Positions 1 to 13,418 are shown, counted from the stretch's first letter. The stretch is 32,692 nucleotides of DNA from an uncultured Anaerolineaceae bacterium (GCA_964452125.1 CAYVLO010000003.1:1-32692); one strand, 5' to 3'. Program-made: numbers and translations. The notes: a model not told the origin generated them from the letters alone.

Positions 1-37
1 GGCCTCCTGCCAGACGCAACACTCGGCAGGCAGGAAC

Positions 38-1677
38 TCAAAATTCGGAGGAATGAGGGGCGCCCCAGCCGCCACCCCCTGGCGTGCGCACACTCAGGAT
101 ATCTCCAGGTTTGAGGTCGATCTCAACCTTCCCCGGCAGCTCGCGCTCCTCGCCATTGCGGATGAGCACATTTTGCCCGCGTTGGCCCGGCTCTCCCCCC
201 TGGAGGCCATAGGGCGCCAGCCGTCTCCGCTCCGAAAGAATGGTCACCTGCGCCGGATCCAGAAACTCGATCTCACGCACCAGGCCGTCGCCGCCGCAAT
301 GCTTGCCGCGGCCCCCGGAACCGCTGCGGAGCGAGTAGCGCCTCACCCGCAAGGGATAGGCGTACTCCAGGGCTTCTACGGGAGTATTCAGGGTGTTGGT
401 CATGTGAACGTGTACGCCCGACAATCCGTCCCCTGCCGGCCCGGCCCCGGCCCCGCCGCCCACCGTTTCATAGTAGGCAAAAGGTGCATTGCGCTGGATG
501 TCGGCGCCGCCAATCGTCACATTGTTCATCGTCCCCAAGCTGGCTGCTGGAATCAACTCGGGCATGGCCTGGGCCAGAGCACCCATCACCACATCCACAA
601 TTCGTTGCGACGTTTCCACATTGCCGCCCGCGACGGCATGAGGCGGCGAGGCGTCCAGGACGCTGCCCTGGGGCACCACCACTTTTACCGGGACAAAGGT
701 CCCACTGTTTACCGGGACGTCGGCGCCGGCCACACAACGCAGGACATACCAGGTGGCCGATTCGGTGATGGCCCGCACGGCATTGAGAGGACCCGACACT
801 GCCGCGCTGGACCCACGGAAATCAACCACCATTTCGTCGCCTGTCACTTGTACCGTTACGCAGATCGGAGGGCCAGAGGACCGAGAGGCGCTACCCAGCA
901 GTTCCCGCTCTTCTTTGGATCCCCCATCGTCCAGTTCATCACAAAAGGTATAGGTCCCGTCGGGGATGCGGCCGATGGCCACCCGCATGAGCCGCTCGGC
1001 ATACTGGAGCAATCCCTGGGCATAGCCCAAGGCAGCCTCTCGGCCATAGCGCCCGACGATCCCTTGCAGGCTCCGTTCCCCCACCCGATGGGCCGCCATC
1101 TGGGCCGCCAGATCACCGCGACGCTCGATGGGTGTGCGCACGTTTCGCAGGATGATGCGCAGGATCGCCTCCTGCATCTGCCCGCCCTCGGCCAGCTTGA
1201 CCGGGGGGATAATCAGCCCTTCCTGATAGATCTCGTGGGCCAGGGGCATCGAACCAGGCGACATGCCGCCCACATCGGCGTGATGGGCCCGGCTGGCCAC
1301 AAAGAACGAGGGGAATTCGTCACCCTCTACAAAGACAGGGGAGACCATCGTGATATCGGGCAAATGGGTGCCGCCCAGATAGGGATCGTTGAGGACCACC
1401 AAATCGCCCGGCTGCCAGCCGTCAAAAGCCTGCAATGCGGCCTGAACCGAAGCAGGCATGGACCCCAGATGGACGGGAATGTGGGCAGCTTGCGCGATCA
1501 TGCGCCCATCGGCCAGAAAGCAGGCACAGGAGAAATCGCGACGCTCCTTGATGTTGGGGCTATAGGCCGTGCGCCCCAGCGTGACGCCCATCTCGTCAGC
1601 CGCCGAGATGAACAGGTTTTTGATGATCTCCAGGGTAATGGCATCGAGTTGGATCGCGTCTACCGGCGCAGGGTCCA

Positions 1678-1681
<4 letters not shown>
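38..1681 (-). CDS. Hydantoinase B / 5-oxoprolinase subunit B family protein
   Basis: Motifs [41 protein letters not shown] and C-terminal TPGGGGWG. Start placed at ATG 1681, which overlaps the upstream stop (ATGA). Confidence 0.9.
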
Positions 1682-3701
<2,020 letters not shown>

Positions 3702-3702
<1 letters not shown>

Positions 3703-4643
3703 CAGGCGGTCTCTGCCTCCACTTCTACCTTGGCAGCCATGCCCGTCATCTCACGAAAAGCCAGCGTCCATGTGGCAGACGTAAAGGTCTGAACGATGGC
3801 GCCGACGAGCGCGCCGACGATCAGCGCCAGGATTCCACCAAAGCAGATCGGTACCAGGACCCATGCCCCCGGATCGACTTGAGAAAAGATGCCCACCAAG
3901 GGCAGCGATAGGCCCAACATCGCCCCAAATATCAGGCCAAACAGGATCATGCCGATGACCAAAAAGAGCAGCCACAGGATGATCGTCGTTCCCAGGTTCG
4001 CCTTCAGGACCTCCCAACCGCGCTTGAAGGCATCGATCCAACCCAGCCCTTCAAGCATGGCGGCCCGCTCTCCATAGACGCGGATCTGCTCAAACACGAT
4101 GCCCACAGGGATCGCCACACAGCAGAGAGATCCAAAGCACACCAACGACAACACCACCCATGCAGGCGCGCCAGAATCAAACGATTGACCCAAGACGATG
4201 CCGCCTGCCACCATGATGACCGCCGCGATCACGACGGCCAGGATCAGGATAAAAATCGGCAGGCCCGCCAGAACGCTCAGGCCAAACAGCGTCCAGAACC
4301 GGCTGACCCCAGCCCGCCAGGCCTGGCCCAGCGTCATATTCTCCTCCTGTTCCACCTGTTCGACGCCAGCGATCAGCCCACCCCGGCCGATGAGGGACAG
4401 AACCCAGAAAACGATGCCGACGATCAAGGCAAGGCAGCCAACCCCGATCAAAACGCCAACCAATTCGGGTGAAATCTGCATGCCATGACGGCCGGCCCAC
4501 TCACCGGCGTCGCCGCTGAAATTGACGTTCGAGCTACCGCCGCCACCACCGCTCCCCAGGGCTGCCAGAAAACCCAGCACCCACAAAGCTTTCCAGCGCC
4601 AGGTGATCTGCCAGGCACGACTAAGAACTCGACCGAAATCCAT
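3702..4643 (-). CDS. Multi-pass membrane protein of unknown function
   Basis: About 6 hydrophobic segments, a Gly-rich loop and a GGAGG RBS upstream. Its stop overlaps the hydantoinase A start (TGATG). Confidence 0.8.
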
Positions 4644-4717
4644 TTTGCACCTCCTCGTGTGTGCACACTACCATACGGACCGACCCAACTGCCCGATAAC
4701 CGATCTATGACAAAATT

Positions 4718-4726
4718 ATTATACCA
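4718..4726 (-). promoter_or_regulatory. Extended -10 promoter (TGGTATAAT) for the membrane protein/oxoprolinase operon
   Basis: Perfect TGnTATAAT in an AT-rich patch ~75 bp upstream of the 4643 start. Confidence 0.55.
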
Positions 4727-4863
4727 CAGGCGTCCCAATCGATCGTGACCGCGGGCTGACACCCTACTGACCTCAGTTCCCCCAACCACCTGGCTGGGCG
4801 CTCGCTATCCCTCGTCCGCGCGGCGCTTCCAACACAGGCGGCCTACACTCCCGACACGGTCAT

Positions 4864-6438
4864 CTATTCCCATTCGATGGTTGCTGGGGGTTTGCTGGAC
4901 ACATCGTACACCACCCGGTTGACACCCGGAACTTCGTTGACAATCCGGTTGCTGACCTGGACCAAGAGATCGTAGGGCAGGCGCGCCCAATCGGCGGTCA
5001 TAAAGTCGTCGGTCGTCACTGCCCTCAGAGCGATCACGTGGGCGTAGGTCCGGCTATCACCCATCACGCCCACCGAGCGGACGGGCAACAGCACGGCAAA
5101 GGACTGAGCCGTACCCACACCCTCCTGCTGGCGCAAAAGGCCCGCTGCCGCCAATTCTTCGCGAAAGATGGCGTCGGCAGCCCGTAGCGTCTCCAGTCGC
5201 TCCCAGGTTACCTCGCCCAGAATGCGCACGGCAAGGCCCGGACCCGGAAACGGTTGGCGGTGGACGAGAGCATCGGGCAGGCCCAGTTCCCGGCCTGCTG
5301 CCCGCACTTCATCTTTGAAAAGGTGCCGAAGGGGCTCGACCAACTCCAACTGCATATTTTCGGGCAGGCCACCCACGTTATGGTGGGTCTTGATCCGCTG
5401 CGCGCCGGGCCGGCCCGTGCATGCGCTTTCGATTACATCGGGGTAGATCGTCCCCTGGGCCAGAAAATCAAAGTGCCCCAACCGGGCCGACTCGCGCTCA
5501 AAGATGCGCACGAATTTCTCGCCGATGATCCGCCTCTTCTGTTCAGGATCGGTGACGCCCGCCAGCGCTTCCAGGTACTCCTGCACAGCGTCGACCGCGA
5601 TCAGGCGCATGCCCATCTCTTGTTCAAAGGTGCGGATCACCTGCTCCGGTTCATCCTGTCGCAACATGCCATGGTCGACAAAGACGCACACCAATTGATC
5701 GCTCACCGCGCGATGCACCAAGGTCGCCACGACTGCCGAATCCACACCACCCGACAGGGCGCAGAGGACCCGACCGTTGCCCACCTGGGCGCGAATGGCA
5801 TCCACGGCCTCGTCGACGAGCCGCGCCGGTGTCCACGTTCCCCTCACCCCACAGACATTGAACAGAAAATTACGGATCAGATCGGCGCCACAAGGGGTAT
5901 GCACCACTTCGGGGTGGAACTGCAAGCCAAACAGGCGCCGGCCGGGATGGGCCATGACGGCGACGGGTGAGTTGTCGGTCTGACCGACCACAGCAAAACC
6001 GGGGGGGAGCTTTTCAATTCGATCGCCGTGGCTCATCCACACGGACAGAGAAAACCCAAGTCCCTCAAACAAAGGGCATCCCAGATCGGTCACTTCCAAG
6101 AGGGCCGGGCCATACTCCCGTCGCTGCGAAGGCGCTACCCTGCCCCCCAGATTGTGAGCCAAGAGTTGCATTCCGTAGCAAATGCCGAGAACCGGGAGCC
6201 CGCTCTGCAAGACATAGTCGGGCAATTGGGGGGCGCCAAGGTCGTACACACTATTCGGCCCGCCGCTGAGGATAAAGCCCCTTGGGTGGAGAGCAAGCAC
6301 TTCTTCGGCAGGGGCATCGAAACGAAACAGCTCACAGTAGACGTGGGCCTCACGAACACGCCGGGCGATAAGCTGGCTATATTGGGAGCCAAAGTCAAGG
6401 ATAACGATCGCTTCACGGTCAGGCTGTGAATAGGACAT
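4864..6438 (-). CDS. guaA: GMP synthase (glutamine-hydrolysing)
   Basis: LDFGSQY, GICYGMQ (catalytic Cys), [23 protein letters not shown] and KPPATIEWE. Start placed at ATG 6438 rather than TTG 6510. Confidence 0.97.
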   Translation of the reverse strand: MSYSQPDREAIVILDFGSQYSQLIARRVREAHVYCELFRFDAPAEEVLALHPRGFILSGGPNSVYDLGAPQLPDYVLQSGLPVLGICYGMQLLAHNLGGRVAPSQRREYGPALLEVTDLGCPLFEGLGFSLSVWMSHGDRIEKLPPGFAVVGQTDNSPVAVMAHPGRRLFGLQFHPEVVHTPCGADLIRNFLFNVCGVRGTWTPARLVDEAVDAIRAQVGNGRVLCALSGGVDSAVVATLVHRAVSDQLVCVFVDHGMLRQDEPEQVIRTFEQEMGMRLIAVDAVQEYLEALAGVTDPEQKRRIIGEKFVRIFERESARLGHFDFLAQGTIYPDVIESACTGRPGAQRIKTHHNVGGLPENMQLELVEPLRHLFKDEVRAAGRELGLPDALVHRQPFPGPGLAVRILGEVTWERLETLRAADAIFREELAAAGLLRQQEGVGTAQSFAVLLPVRSVGVMGDSRTYAHVIALRAVTTDDFMTADWARLPYDLLVQVSNRIVNEVPGVNRVVYDVSSKPPATIEWE

Positions 6439-6546
6439 GGCAAGACCTTTCCCCCAGCAGAACGGGCGGGTGTGTTCCCAACCGCGTTCGGATTCTCTAT
6501 CGGTTTGCAAGCAACGAGGCTTGCTCGTCAGGTGTTCCTACTGAGC

Positions 6547-7119
6547 CTAGTCGGCAAAGACAATGCGACCGTTGGCCATCTCGGTGATAACGACCAGGGC
6601 GTGGAGAGGCACATTCAGGGACGCCAGCTCGCTGCGCCCACCCTCAAAGGCCTTTTCGATCAACGCGCCAACACCCGCCAGCTCGGCCTCGGCGTGACGA
6701 ACAAGGCGCACCAAGGCCCGGATCGTCTGACCGCTGGCCAAAAAATCGTCGATGATCAAAATACGGTCCTCGGGTCTCAGAAACTCGGGAGAGGTCATCA
6801 AAAAAACAGAGACGCCCTTGGTGTGAGAAGGCGCCGCCTCCACATAGACGGGGTCGGTCATGGTTACGGGTTTCGTCTTGCGGGCGTACAAAAGGGGCAC
6901 GCCCAGAGCCAGGGCCGTAGTTAATGCTGGAGCAATGCCCGAAATCTCGGCGGTAAGCACTTTGGTAGCGCCGACGTCGGCGAAATGGGCCGCCAACTCT
7001 TTGCCTGCTTCCATCATCAATGCCGGATCGACCTGATGGTTGATGAATCCATCGACCTTGAGAATGCCGCCGCCGAGGTTCTCCCCCTCGGCCAGAATCC
7101 GCTCCTTGAGCGCCTTCAT
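6547..7119 (-). CDS. xpt: Xanthine phosphoribosyltransferase
   Basis: ILKVDGFINHQVDP, PRPP-binding IIDDFLASG and IEKAFEGGR; AGGAGAG RBS; adjacent to guaA. Confidence 0.93.
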   Translation of the reverse strand: MKALKERILAEGENLGGGILKVDGFINHQVDPALMMEAGKELAAHFADVGATKVLTAEISGIAPALTTALALGVPLLYARKTKPVTMTDPVYVEAAPSHTKGVSVFLMTSPEFLRPEDRILIIDDFLASGQTIRALVRLVRHAEAELAGVGALIEKAFEGGRSELASLNVPLHALVVITEMANGRIVFAD

Positions 7120-7151
7120 ATCCTCTCTCCTCCTTGGCTGGGGTCCCTTCT

Positions 7152-7180
7152 AGTCTACCACATCCGGCCCCGGCTGGCAA
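7152..7180 (-). promoter_or_regulatory. Sigma70-type promoter for xpt-guaA
   Basis: TTGCCA-17 bp-TAGACT with extended TG. Confidence 0.55.
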
Positions 7181-7213
7181 AGAAAACGCAGGCCAAAGAG
7201 CACACTCTGCGCT

Positions 7214-7242
7214 TTGCCATTCATCCCCGCCTGCGGTATAAT
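7214..7242 (+). promoter_or_regulatory. Sigma70-type promoter for the nurA operon
   Basis: TTGCCA-17 bp-TATAAT, followed by a GAGGT RBS and ATG 7262. Confidence 0.65.
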
Positions 7243-7261
7243 AGCCGCTGAGGTAACCGAA

Positions 7262-8428
7262 ATGTTAGAGTTCTCCCAGGTGGTAGACCAAATCGACGGC
7301 ATGGGCAAAACGCTGGCCGAACGGGCAGCGCGGAACCGTAAGGCCCTGCCCGCAGCGCGGGAATTATTGCGGCTCTATGCCCACGACCAGGACGAGCTGG
7401 TCCGCGTGGCCGAATCGGAGGCCGGTCAGCGCCTGCGCTGCGCCAGCCCCACCGTCGAGCCACTAGACCTCGCCGCGCCGGCGCCGGCGGCGCCCTCTCA
7501 GGCCACCCTGGTTGCCGCCGATGGTTCGCAGATCTATCCCGACAGCCACGGCGCCATGCTCTATTATGTCATCAACACGGGCACCATCGTCTTTCGACAG
7601 GGCAGCGGCCAGGCTCCCCAGGCCGGCACCCATCCTCAACTCTACTATGCCGAGGATCGAGTGTACCCCGATGGGCGGCTGATCAGCACGGACCTGATCA
7701 GCGCCGAGCGCGACCTGGCCGAAATGCAGGCCCTGGCCCACCTTGCCAGCCAGCAACCCTTGGACGGTCCTCCCCTGTTGGCCCTTGGCGATGGCTCGCT
7801 GCTCATCTGGCTGCAGCGAGCGGCCATTCCTGAGGGCCACCAAGCCCGGCTGTTGGATGCCTACCTGGCCTGCCTCGACCAACTGCGCGCCGGGCAGGTG
7901 CCGGTGGCTGCGTTTGTCAGCCGCCCCCAGAGCGCCGAGGTTGTGGCCCTCCTCTACCTTCGCCAGTTGGAGCCCGAGGAGCGCCAAAATCTCAAGAGCC
8001 TGGCCGAAACTCCATTTCGGGGACTGACCGATCGGGCACTGTTCGGTTTTCTGAAACCTGGCGACCGTTCGGCCCTGTTCGTGCGCGGCACCGCCGCCAA
8101 TCAGGGATTTCGGGCGCGGGGACACGAGGTCCGCTTCTTTTACCTGAACACGGGCACCGACGTTGCTCGCGTCGAGGTCCCCGAGTGGGTTGCGCGCGAC
8201 CCGCAACAGACCGATCGGGTCCACGCATTGGTCTATGAACAGTGCCGCTATAACAACGGTTACCCCTACGTACTGACCCGCGCCGACGAACAGGCTGTGA
8301 TCCTGGCGCCCGAGCGAGAGACCCTGCAGAACATGATCGTCCAGGCCATGGCACGGCACGGGCTGGCCCTGCCCGAACTTTCGCCCAAGGCGCAACAAAA
8401 GCAAGTGGCCCGTTGGCGCAAACGATAA
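7262..8428 (+). CDS. nurA: NurA-family nuclease
   Basis: Acidic motifs VAADGSQIYP and LGDGSL, FFYL, RVEVPEW and C-terminal GYPYVLTRADEQA; located upstream of herA. Confidence 0.88.
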   Translation: MLEFSQVVDQIDGMGKTLAERAARNRKALPAARELLRLYAHDQDELVRVAESEAGQRLRCASPTVEPLDLAAPAPAAPSQATLVAADGSQIYPDSHGAMLYYVINTGTIVFRQGSGQAPQAGTHPQLYYAEDRVYPDGRLISTDLISAERDLAEMQALAHLASQQPLDGPPLLALGDGSLLIWLQRAAIPEGHQARLLDAYLACLDQLRAGQVPVAAFVSRPQSAEVVALLYLRQLEPEERQNLKSLAETPFRGLTDRALFGFLKPGDRSALFVRGTAANQGFRARGHEVRFFYLNTGTDVARVEVPEWVARDPQQTDRVHALVYEQCRYNNGYPYVLTRADEQAVILAPERETLQNMIVQAMARHGLALPELSPKAQQKQVARWRKR

Positions 8429-8445
8429 AAGCCGGAGAAGTGAAC

Positions 8446-9033
8446 ATGGAATACCCGGTCGGGCGTGTAACACGCTCAAGCACCACCCGTTTTTCTGTCG
8501 GCTGTCACGTCTTGAAATCCGATCCCCAAGTTCCTGTCTTTGGGGCACTGGTCAAGGTGCCGGCGGGCAGCGCTGAGGTTCTGGGTCTGATCTACGATGT
8601 GCGCATGGACGACGACCCCTTTGTTCGCCAGATGGCGACGACCGATGGGCTCCCGCCCGAATACATTGAGGATCAGCGGCGCAACCGCCAGGTGCCCATC
8701 GAAGTCAGTGTGCTGGCAGTGGGATACCAGGTGGATGGCGCGATCTATCATCGGTTGCCCCCCCAACCGCCCTTGAGTCTGGACGTATTGACCACCTGCA
8801 GCGACGAGGAATTGATCGCCTTCACCGGACGGCTGGACTATTTCCGGCTGATCCTCGACGCCCGCGATCTGCCGGCCGACGAGCTGCTGGCGGCCAACCT
8901 CCGGTATGCAACCAAAGCCCGCAGTCAGGACGCAGGCCCTGCCTTTTTGCTGGACGCCGGGCGAGAACTGGCGCGCCTGCTGTCCCTGGACCTGGCTCGC
9001 CTGGATTCCATTTTGCGGAGGATACAGCCATGA
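8446..9033 (+). CDS. Stand-alone HAS-barrel domain protein
   Basis: N-terminal VGRVTRSSTTRFSVGC...PVFGALVKV...VLGLIYDV resembles a HerA N-terminal barrel, followed by LPPQPP and a helical C-terminus. Lies between nurA and herA, with an ATGA overlap to herA. Confidence 0.7.
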   Translation: MEYPVGRVTRSSTTRFSVGCHVLKSDPQVPVFGALVKVPAGSAEVLGLIYDVRMDDDPFVRQMATTDGLPPEYIEDQRRNRQVPIEVSVLAVGYQVDGAIYHRLPPQPPLSLDVLTTCSDEELIAFTGRLDYFRLILDARDLPADELLAANLRYATKARSQDAGPAFLLDAGRELARLLSLDLARLDSILRRIQP

Positions 9034-10745
9034 GCGATGGCTTAGTCGATTTGGACGGATTCTTCTCTCCGAGGCTCCCGCGGGCTGGGACCCCTCCTGA
9101 GGCCCACAAGTTGGGCATGGTCGTCGGCGGCAGCCTGAGCAAAGGACTGAACATCAAGCTGGATCGCAGCACCGTCGTCGAAGGGATGGCTGTGGGCCGC
9201 TACGTGGTCATCCACGGGCAAACGGACCGACGCTTCTTTAGCATCATTACCGACGTGGCCTTGGACAACACCAACCCGGCCATCGAAAAGACGCCGCCCG
9301 ATCCCTCCAACCGCCTTCTGGCCCAAGTGTACCAGGGCACCAGCACGTATGGCCGTCTGGAGGTCTCGCCCATGCTCGTCCTGGATCGGGAAGCGGCGGA
9401 ACCCCGCCCTGTCAAAACCGTGCCCGCCCACTTTTCCGCCGTCTATGAGGCTACTGAGGACGACGTCAACCAGATCTTTGGTGCAGCCGACGACCAGCAT
9501 TTCTACGTGGGCGCCCCCCTCGACATGGAGAGCGTGCGGGTACACCTCAATTTGGAGCGATTGGTCGAACGCTCCAGCGGCGTCTTTGGCAAGAGCGGCA
9601 CCGGCAAGACCTTTCTGACGCGCACCCTGCTAGCTGGCATCGTCAAACGAAAAGTCGCCGTCAACCTGATTTTCGACATGCACAACGAATACGGCTGGGA
9701 AAGCGACGCCGAAGGAAAGAAAATGGTCAAAGGCCTGCGCCAGTTGTTCTCCGAGGGCCAGGTCAGCGTCATGACTCTCGATCCCGAATCGTCGCAGCGC
9801 CGGGGCAGCAAAACCGACTATACCATCCAGATCGGCTACGATCAGATCGAGCCCGAGGATGTGGACATGCTCAGCGGCATCATGGGTCTGAGCGAAACCC
9901 AGGTAGGCGCGCTCTACTACCTGCGGCGCAAGTTGGGTCCCCGTTGGATCGAAACGCTGTTGGCCGAAAAGGAGGGGGATGAGGAAGGGCAATCGGAACT
10001 CGATGCCCTGATCGAAGAGGGCCGGTTGCACGGCGGCACCCTGGGCGCCATCCAGCGCAAATTGGGTCTTTTCCGCCGCTTTGACTTTTTGGTGCCCCGC
10101 GCCCACGACGACGTAGTCGCCAAGATCATGGAATACCTGGACAAGGATATCCACGTGATCCTCGAGTTCGGGCGCTATGGCAGCACGTTGGAAGCCTACA
10201 TCCTGGTGGCTAATTATCTCACACGTCGTATCCATCGACGCTATGTGGAAAGGAAAGAAGCGGCCATCGGCAGAAAGGCTGATGAACCCAAGCCCCTGGT
10301 CATCACCATCGAGGAAGCACACAAATTCCTCGACCCCGCCATTGCCCGGCACACAATCTTTGGCACCATCGCCCGGGAACTGCGCAAATACAACGTTACC
10401 CTGCTTATCGTCGACCAACGACCCAGCGGCATTGACGAAGAGGTGATGAGCCAGATTGGTACGCGGGTCACCGCCCTGCTCGATAACGAGGCCGACATCC
10501 GCGCCGTGTTCATGGGCGTTTCCGGCGCCAACGAGCTGCGCCAGGTGCTGGCCCGGCTCGACACCAAACAACAAGCCCTCATCCTGGGCCATGCGGTCCC
10601 CATGCCCGTGGTCGTCCAGACGCGCACCTACGGTCCCGAGCTGTACGCCGAGGTGGGCAGCCGGGAAGGCGAGGACCTGCAAGAGCAACTAAGCCGCAAC
10701 GCCGCCCTGCTACGCGGGGAGGGTGATTTTGAGGGATTTGACTAG
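9030..10745 (+). CDS. herA: HerA-family DNA helicase/translocase ATPase
   Basis: N-terminal HAS barrel, Walker A GKSGTGKT, FDMHNEY, Walker B ITIEEAHKF, IARELRKY and DQRPS. Confidence 0.9.
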   Translation: MSDGLVDLDGFFSPRLPRAGTPPEAHKLGMVVGGSLSKGLNIKLDRSTVVEGMAVGRYVVIHGQTDRRFFSIITDVALDNTNPAIEKTPPDPSNRLLAQVYQGTSTYGRLEVSPMLVLDREAAEPRPVKTVPAHFSAVYEATEDDVNQIFGAADDQHFYVGAPLDMESVRVHLNLERLVERSSGVFGKSGTGKTFLTRTLLAGIVKRKVAVNLIFDMHNEYGWESDAEGKKMVKGLRQLFSEGQVSVMTLDPESSQRRGSKTDYTIQIGYDQIEPEDVDMLSGIMGLSETQVGALYYLRRKLGPRWIETLLAEKEGDEEGQSELDALIEEGRLHGGTLGAIQRKLGLFRRFDFLVPRAHDDVVAKIMEYLDKDIHVILEFGRYGSTLEAYILVANYLTRRIHRRYVERKEAAIGRKADEPKPLVITIEEAHKFLDPAIARHTIFGTIARELRKYNVTLLIVDQRPSGIDEEVMSQIGTRVTALLDNEADIRAVFMGVSGANELRQVLARLDTKQQALILGHAVPMPVVVQTRTYGPELYAEVGSREGEDLQEQLSRNAALLRGEGDFEGFD

Positions 10746-10796
10746 ACCTGAGCACATCTAAAGATTCACATGCAATTCAGAGCGGAGGAGAAAGAA

Positions 10797-13316
10797 ATGG
10801 TCAAAAAAGCGCATCTTGTGCTGCTGGCGATGGCTTTCCTGACGACGCTCATCGCCTGTGGCGGCACAACGCAGCAGGGCGATGCCCAAGCGACAGCCAT
10901 TGCCGCTGGCGTTGAGGCAACGCTTCAAGCCCAAGCCCAAGCCCCAGTTCCAACAGTGGTGGTAACCGGCTTTCAGCCCGAATTGCCGACCGTCATCGTC
11001 ACGTCTCCTCCCGCCGAGGCAGGGCAGGGTGAACCAACCCAGGTCATCCAACTTGAGGCCGATGGCAGCGGTGACCTTCCCAATTTTCAAGAAGCCCTGG
11101 CGGCCCCCGGCACCACCCACATCAAGCTCGGACGCGGCACGTACCGACTGGATTCGGCTGTGACGGTGGCTGAAGCAATACGACTGGAAGGCGCAGGCCG
11201 AGATCAGACGGAGATCATCTCGAATGCTCCCGATTGGGTGCTCAGGTTCGAAGGGCAAGGCCCTTTCACCGTCGATGGAATCACCTTTCGTCACGATGGA
11301 ACCGACCCTGCAGATGTCGTTGTGGTAGCCGGCAGTGAGGTGCACATTTCCGGGTGCCGATTCAGCGGTGGCGTACAAGGCAACGACACGGACATGGGCA
11401 GCGGCCTGTATTTGTTCGGCACAGGCAATGGCGAAATTCGTGATAGCGAGTTTTCCGGAAATGAGCTCCACGGATTGCTCCTGATGGAGAATGCTCAGCC
11501 CTTGCTAGCAGGCAACTCGGCCAGTGGTAATGGCGACTCGGGCTTTGCCTACTTTGATCAAGCGGCAGGCACCGCTCAAGGCAACATGGTTTCCAACAAC
11601 GCGCAATACGGCGTCTATTTGGACGGCGAGACCAATCCCACCCTGGACGGGAACACCATCACGGGCAACGGCGCGTCAGGCATCGGCTATTGGGGACGTA
11701 GCAGCGGCGTAGCACGCAACAACCAGTGTACCCAGAACGGCCAAAACGGCATCTATCTAAACGAAGAATCCTCGCCTATATTGGAAGGGAATACCTGCCA
11801 GGAGAACAGTGATTCGGGAATCACCTACTGGGGGCGTTCGGGAGGCACAGCACGTCAGAATCTGTGTGCCACAAATGTCAAACATGGCATCTATATCGGA
11901 GACGACGCGGCGCCCAACGTCGAGGGCAACACTTGCCGCGACAATGGCGACTCGGGCATCGCCTACTTTGGAAACTCGGCAGGACTGGCCCAGGGCAACA
12001 TCTGTTCGGGCAACGCTTACAACGACATCTATATCTCCGCCGACGCTAACCCAGCCGTGATGGAGAATCAGTGTCAGGTGAGTGGCAAGTCGACGGGTTC
12101 TGCTCCCCAGCCAGGCGAGAGCCAGGGCAAAATCGCCTTTGCCTCCGACCGCGATGGCAATCTCGAAATCTATGCCATGAATGCCGATGGCAGCGACCTG
12201 GTACGCCTGACGAACAACGAGGCCTCCGATTTCCTGCCGGTGTGGTCTCCCGATGGCTCACGCATCGCCTTTCTGTCGACCCGCGACGGCAATGCCCAGG
12301 TCTATGTCATGGACGCAGACGGCAGCAACCAGGTCCGACTGACCGAGGCCCTGATCGCCGAAAGCATGCTGTCCTGGTCGCCAGATGGAACTCGGTTGGC
12401 CTTTTCCAGCTATTCCGGCGGGGGAGGCAACGACATTTATTTCATGAACATCTCCGATCGAATGGATGCCTTTGGTCAAGGAGCGACCCGTTTGACGACC
12501 GATATGGCATCCGACCGCGATCCTGCCTGGTCTCCCGATGGCGCACGTATCGCCTTTATCTCTGATCGAACTGGCGAAGATGACCTCCACTTGATGGGCG
12601 CCGACGGAAGCAGCCAAAACCCCATCACCATGATCTCCGGCTGGAAATATGGGCTGGCCTACTCGCCGGATGGCGCCCGAATGCTGTTTGTCCTGGACGA
12701 AGCCATCCACGTCATCCGGGCCGATGGCACCGGATTGGCTCGTGTGTCGGGATTGGTGGACTATGCCAGCCGTGCCGCATGGGCGCCCGACGGGAGGCGG
12801 ATCATCTATCAATCGGAGGACGATCTTTTTGTCGTCAATCTCAATGGCAATGGGATCGTGCGGCTGACTGACCACCCAGCAAGCGACCGCGATCCGTCCT
12901 GGTGGGGCCCCTCAATGGCAAAGGCCGGCCCACCGCGTCCCCGCTGGAACGCGGGCGGCGACCCCTGGTGTCTCAATACACCCGACCAAGTGCTCGCCGG
13001 CGACTGGCAAGTGTCCGCACCCCGTGAGGTGGTCTTTCCCGGCGATCCTGCCGAAATTGGTCTGCGCAACAAGGCCGCCTCAGGTTCCGCGGCCTTGATC
13101 CATCCCATCACCGCCCAGATAATTGCCCCCGATGGCTCGGAAGCTACAGCAAACGCTACCTTGATGGGAGATGAGTGGGTAACCCTCGTGTTCCCGCAGG
13201 ATTTCGACAGCGGAGATACCTTGCAGCGGGGCGATTATACAATTCTTTGGTCGAGTCAGGGGACATTCATCGCCTGTGATGGCTTCTTTGTGGGTGGGGG
13301 CGCCAGCGACGGCTGA
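10797..13316 (+). CDS. Lipoprotein with right-handed beta-helix repeats and TolB-like (PD40) beta-propeller
   Basis: Lipobox LIAC after a hydrophobic signal, 23-aa Asn/Gly repeats and several WSPDG.RIAF-type repeats. GGAGG RBS before ATG 10797. Confidence 0.85.
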   Translation: MVKKAHLVLLAMAFLTTLIACGGTTQQGDAQATAIAAGVEATLQAQAQAPVPTVVVTGFQPELPTVIVTSPPAEAGQGEPTQVIQLEADGSGDLPNFQEALAAPGTTHIKLGRGTYRLDSAVTVAEAIRLEGAGRDQTEIISNAPDWVLRFEGQGPFTVDGITFRHDGTDPADVVVVAGSEVHISGCRFSGGVQGNDTDMGSGLYLFGTGNGEIRDSEFSGNELHGLLLMENAQPLLAGNSASGNGDSGFAYFDQAAGTAQGNMVSNNAQYGVYLDGETNPTLDGNTITGNGASGIGYWGRSSGVARNNQCTQNGQNGIYLNEESSPILEGNTCQENSDSGITYWGRSGGTARQNLCATNVKHGIYIGDDAAPNVEGNTCRDNGDSGIAYFGNSAGLAQGNICSGNAYNDIYISADANPAVMENQCQVSGKSTGSAPQPGESQGKIAFASDRDGNLEIYAMNADGSDLVRLTNNEASDFLPVWSPDGSRIAFLSTRDGNAQVYVMDADGSNQVRLTEALIAESMLSWSPDGTRLAFSSYSGGGGNDIYFMNISDRMDAFGQGATRLTTDMASDRDPAWSPDGARIAFISDRTGEDDLHLMGADGSSQNPITMISGWKYGLAYSPDGARMLFVLDEAIHVIRADGTGLARVSGLVDYASRAAWAPDGRRIIYQSEDDLFVVNLNGNGIVRLTDHPASDRDPSWWGPSMAKAGPPRPRWNAGGDPWCLNTPDQVLAGDWQVSAPREVVFPGDPAEIGLRNKAASGSAALIHPITAQIIAPDGSEATANATLMGDEWVTLVFPQDFDSGDTLQRGDYTILWSSQGTFIACDGFFVGGGASDG
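11450..12075 (+). repeat. Intragenic ~69-bp (23-aa) beta-helix repeats
   Basis: Alternating GxYl..P.leGN and DSGi.Y..s.G.a..N units. AATGGCGACTCGGGC is identical at 11529 and 11943, 414 bp apart (6 x 23 codons). Boundaries are approximate. Confidence 0.75.
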
Positions 13317-13418
13317 TCCTGGGGCACGTGCAACCACACGCGACCTTGCCGCGTATAGGACTTAAGGAGATAGGGGCCGTGAGATTTCGCTTGCCTGGAC
13401 GAACCGAGGAGGAAGGCC

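Noticed and set aside
7120-7260. Purine riboswitch upstream of xpt
   Set aside because: The predicted leader is only ~25 nt and no aptamer consensus is visible.
7262-10745. Anti-phage defence island
   Set aside because: The flanks are housekeeping genes, with no other defence or mobility genes and no obvious compositional shift.
11450-12910. CRISPR-like or mobile repeats
   Set aside because: The repeats are degenerate, in frame and explained by protein beta-helix and propeller repeats.
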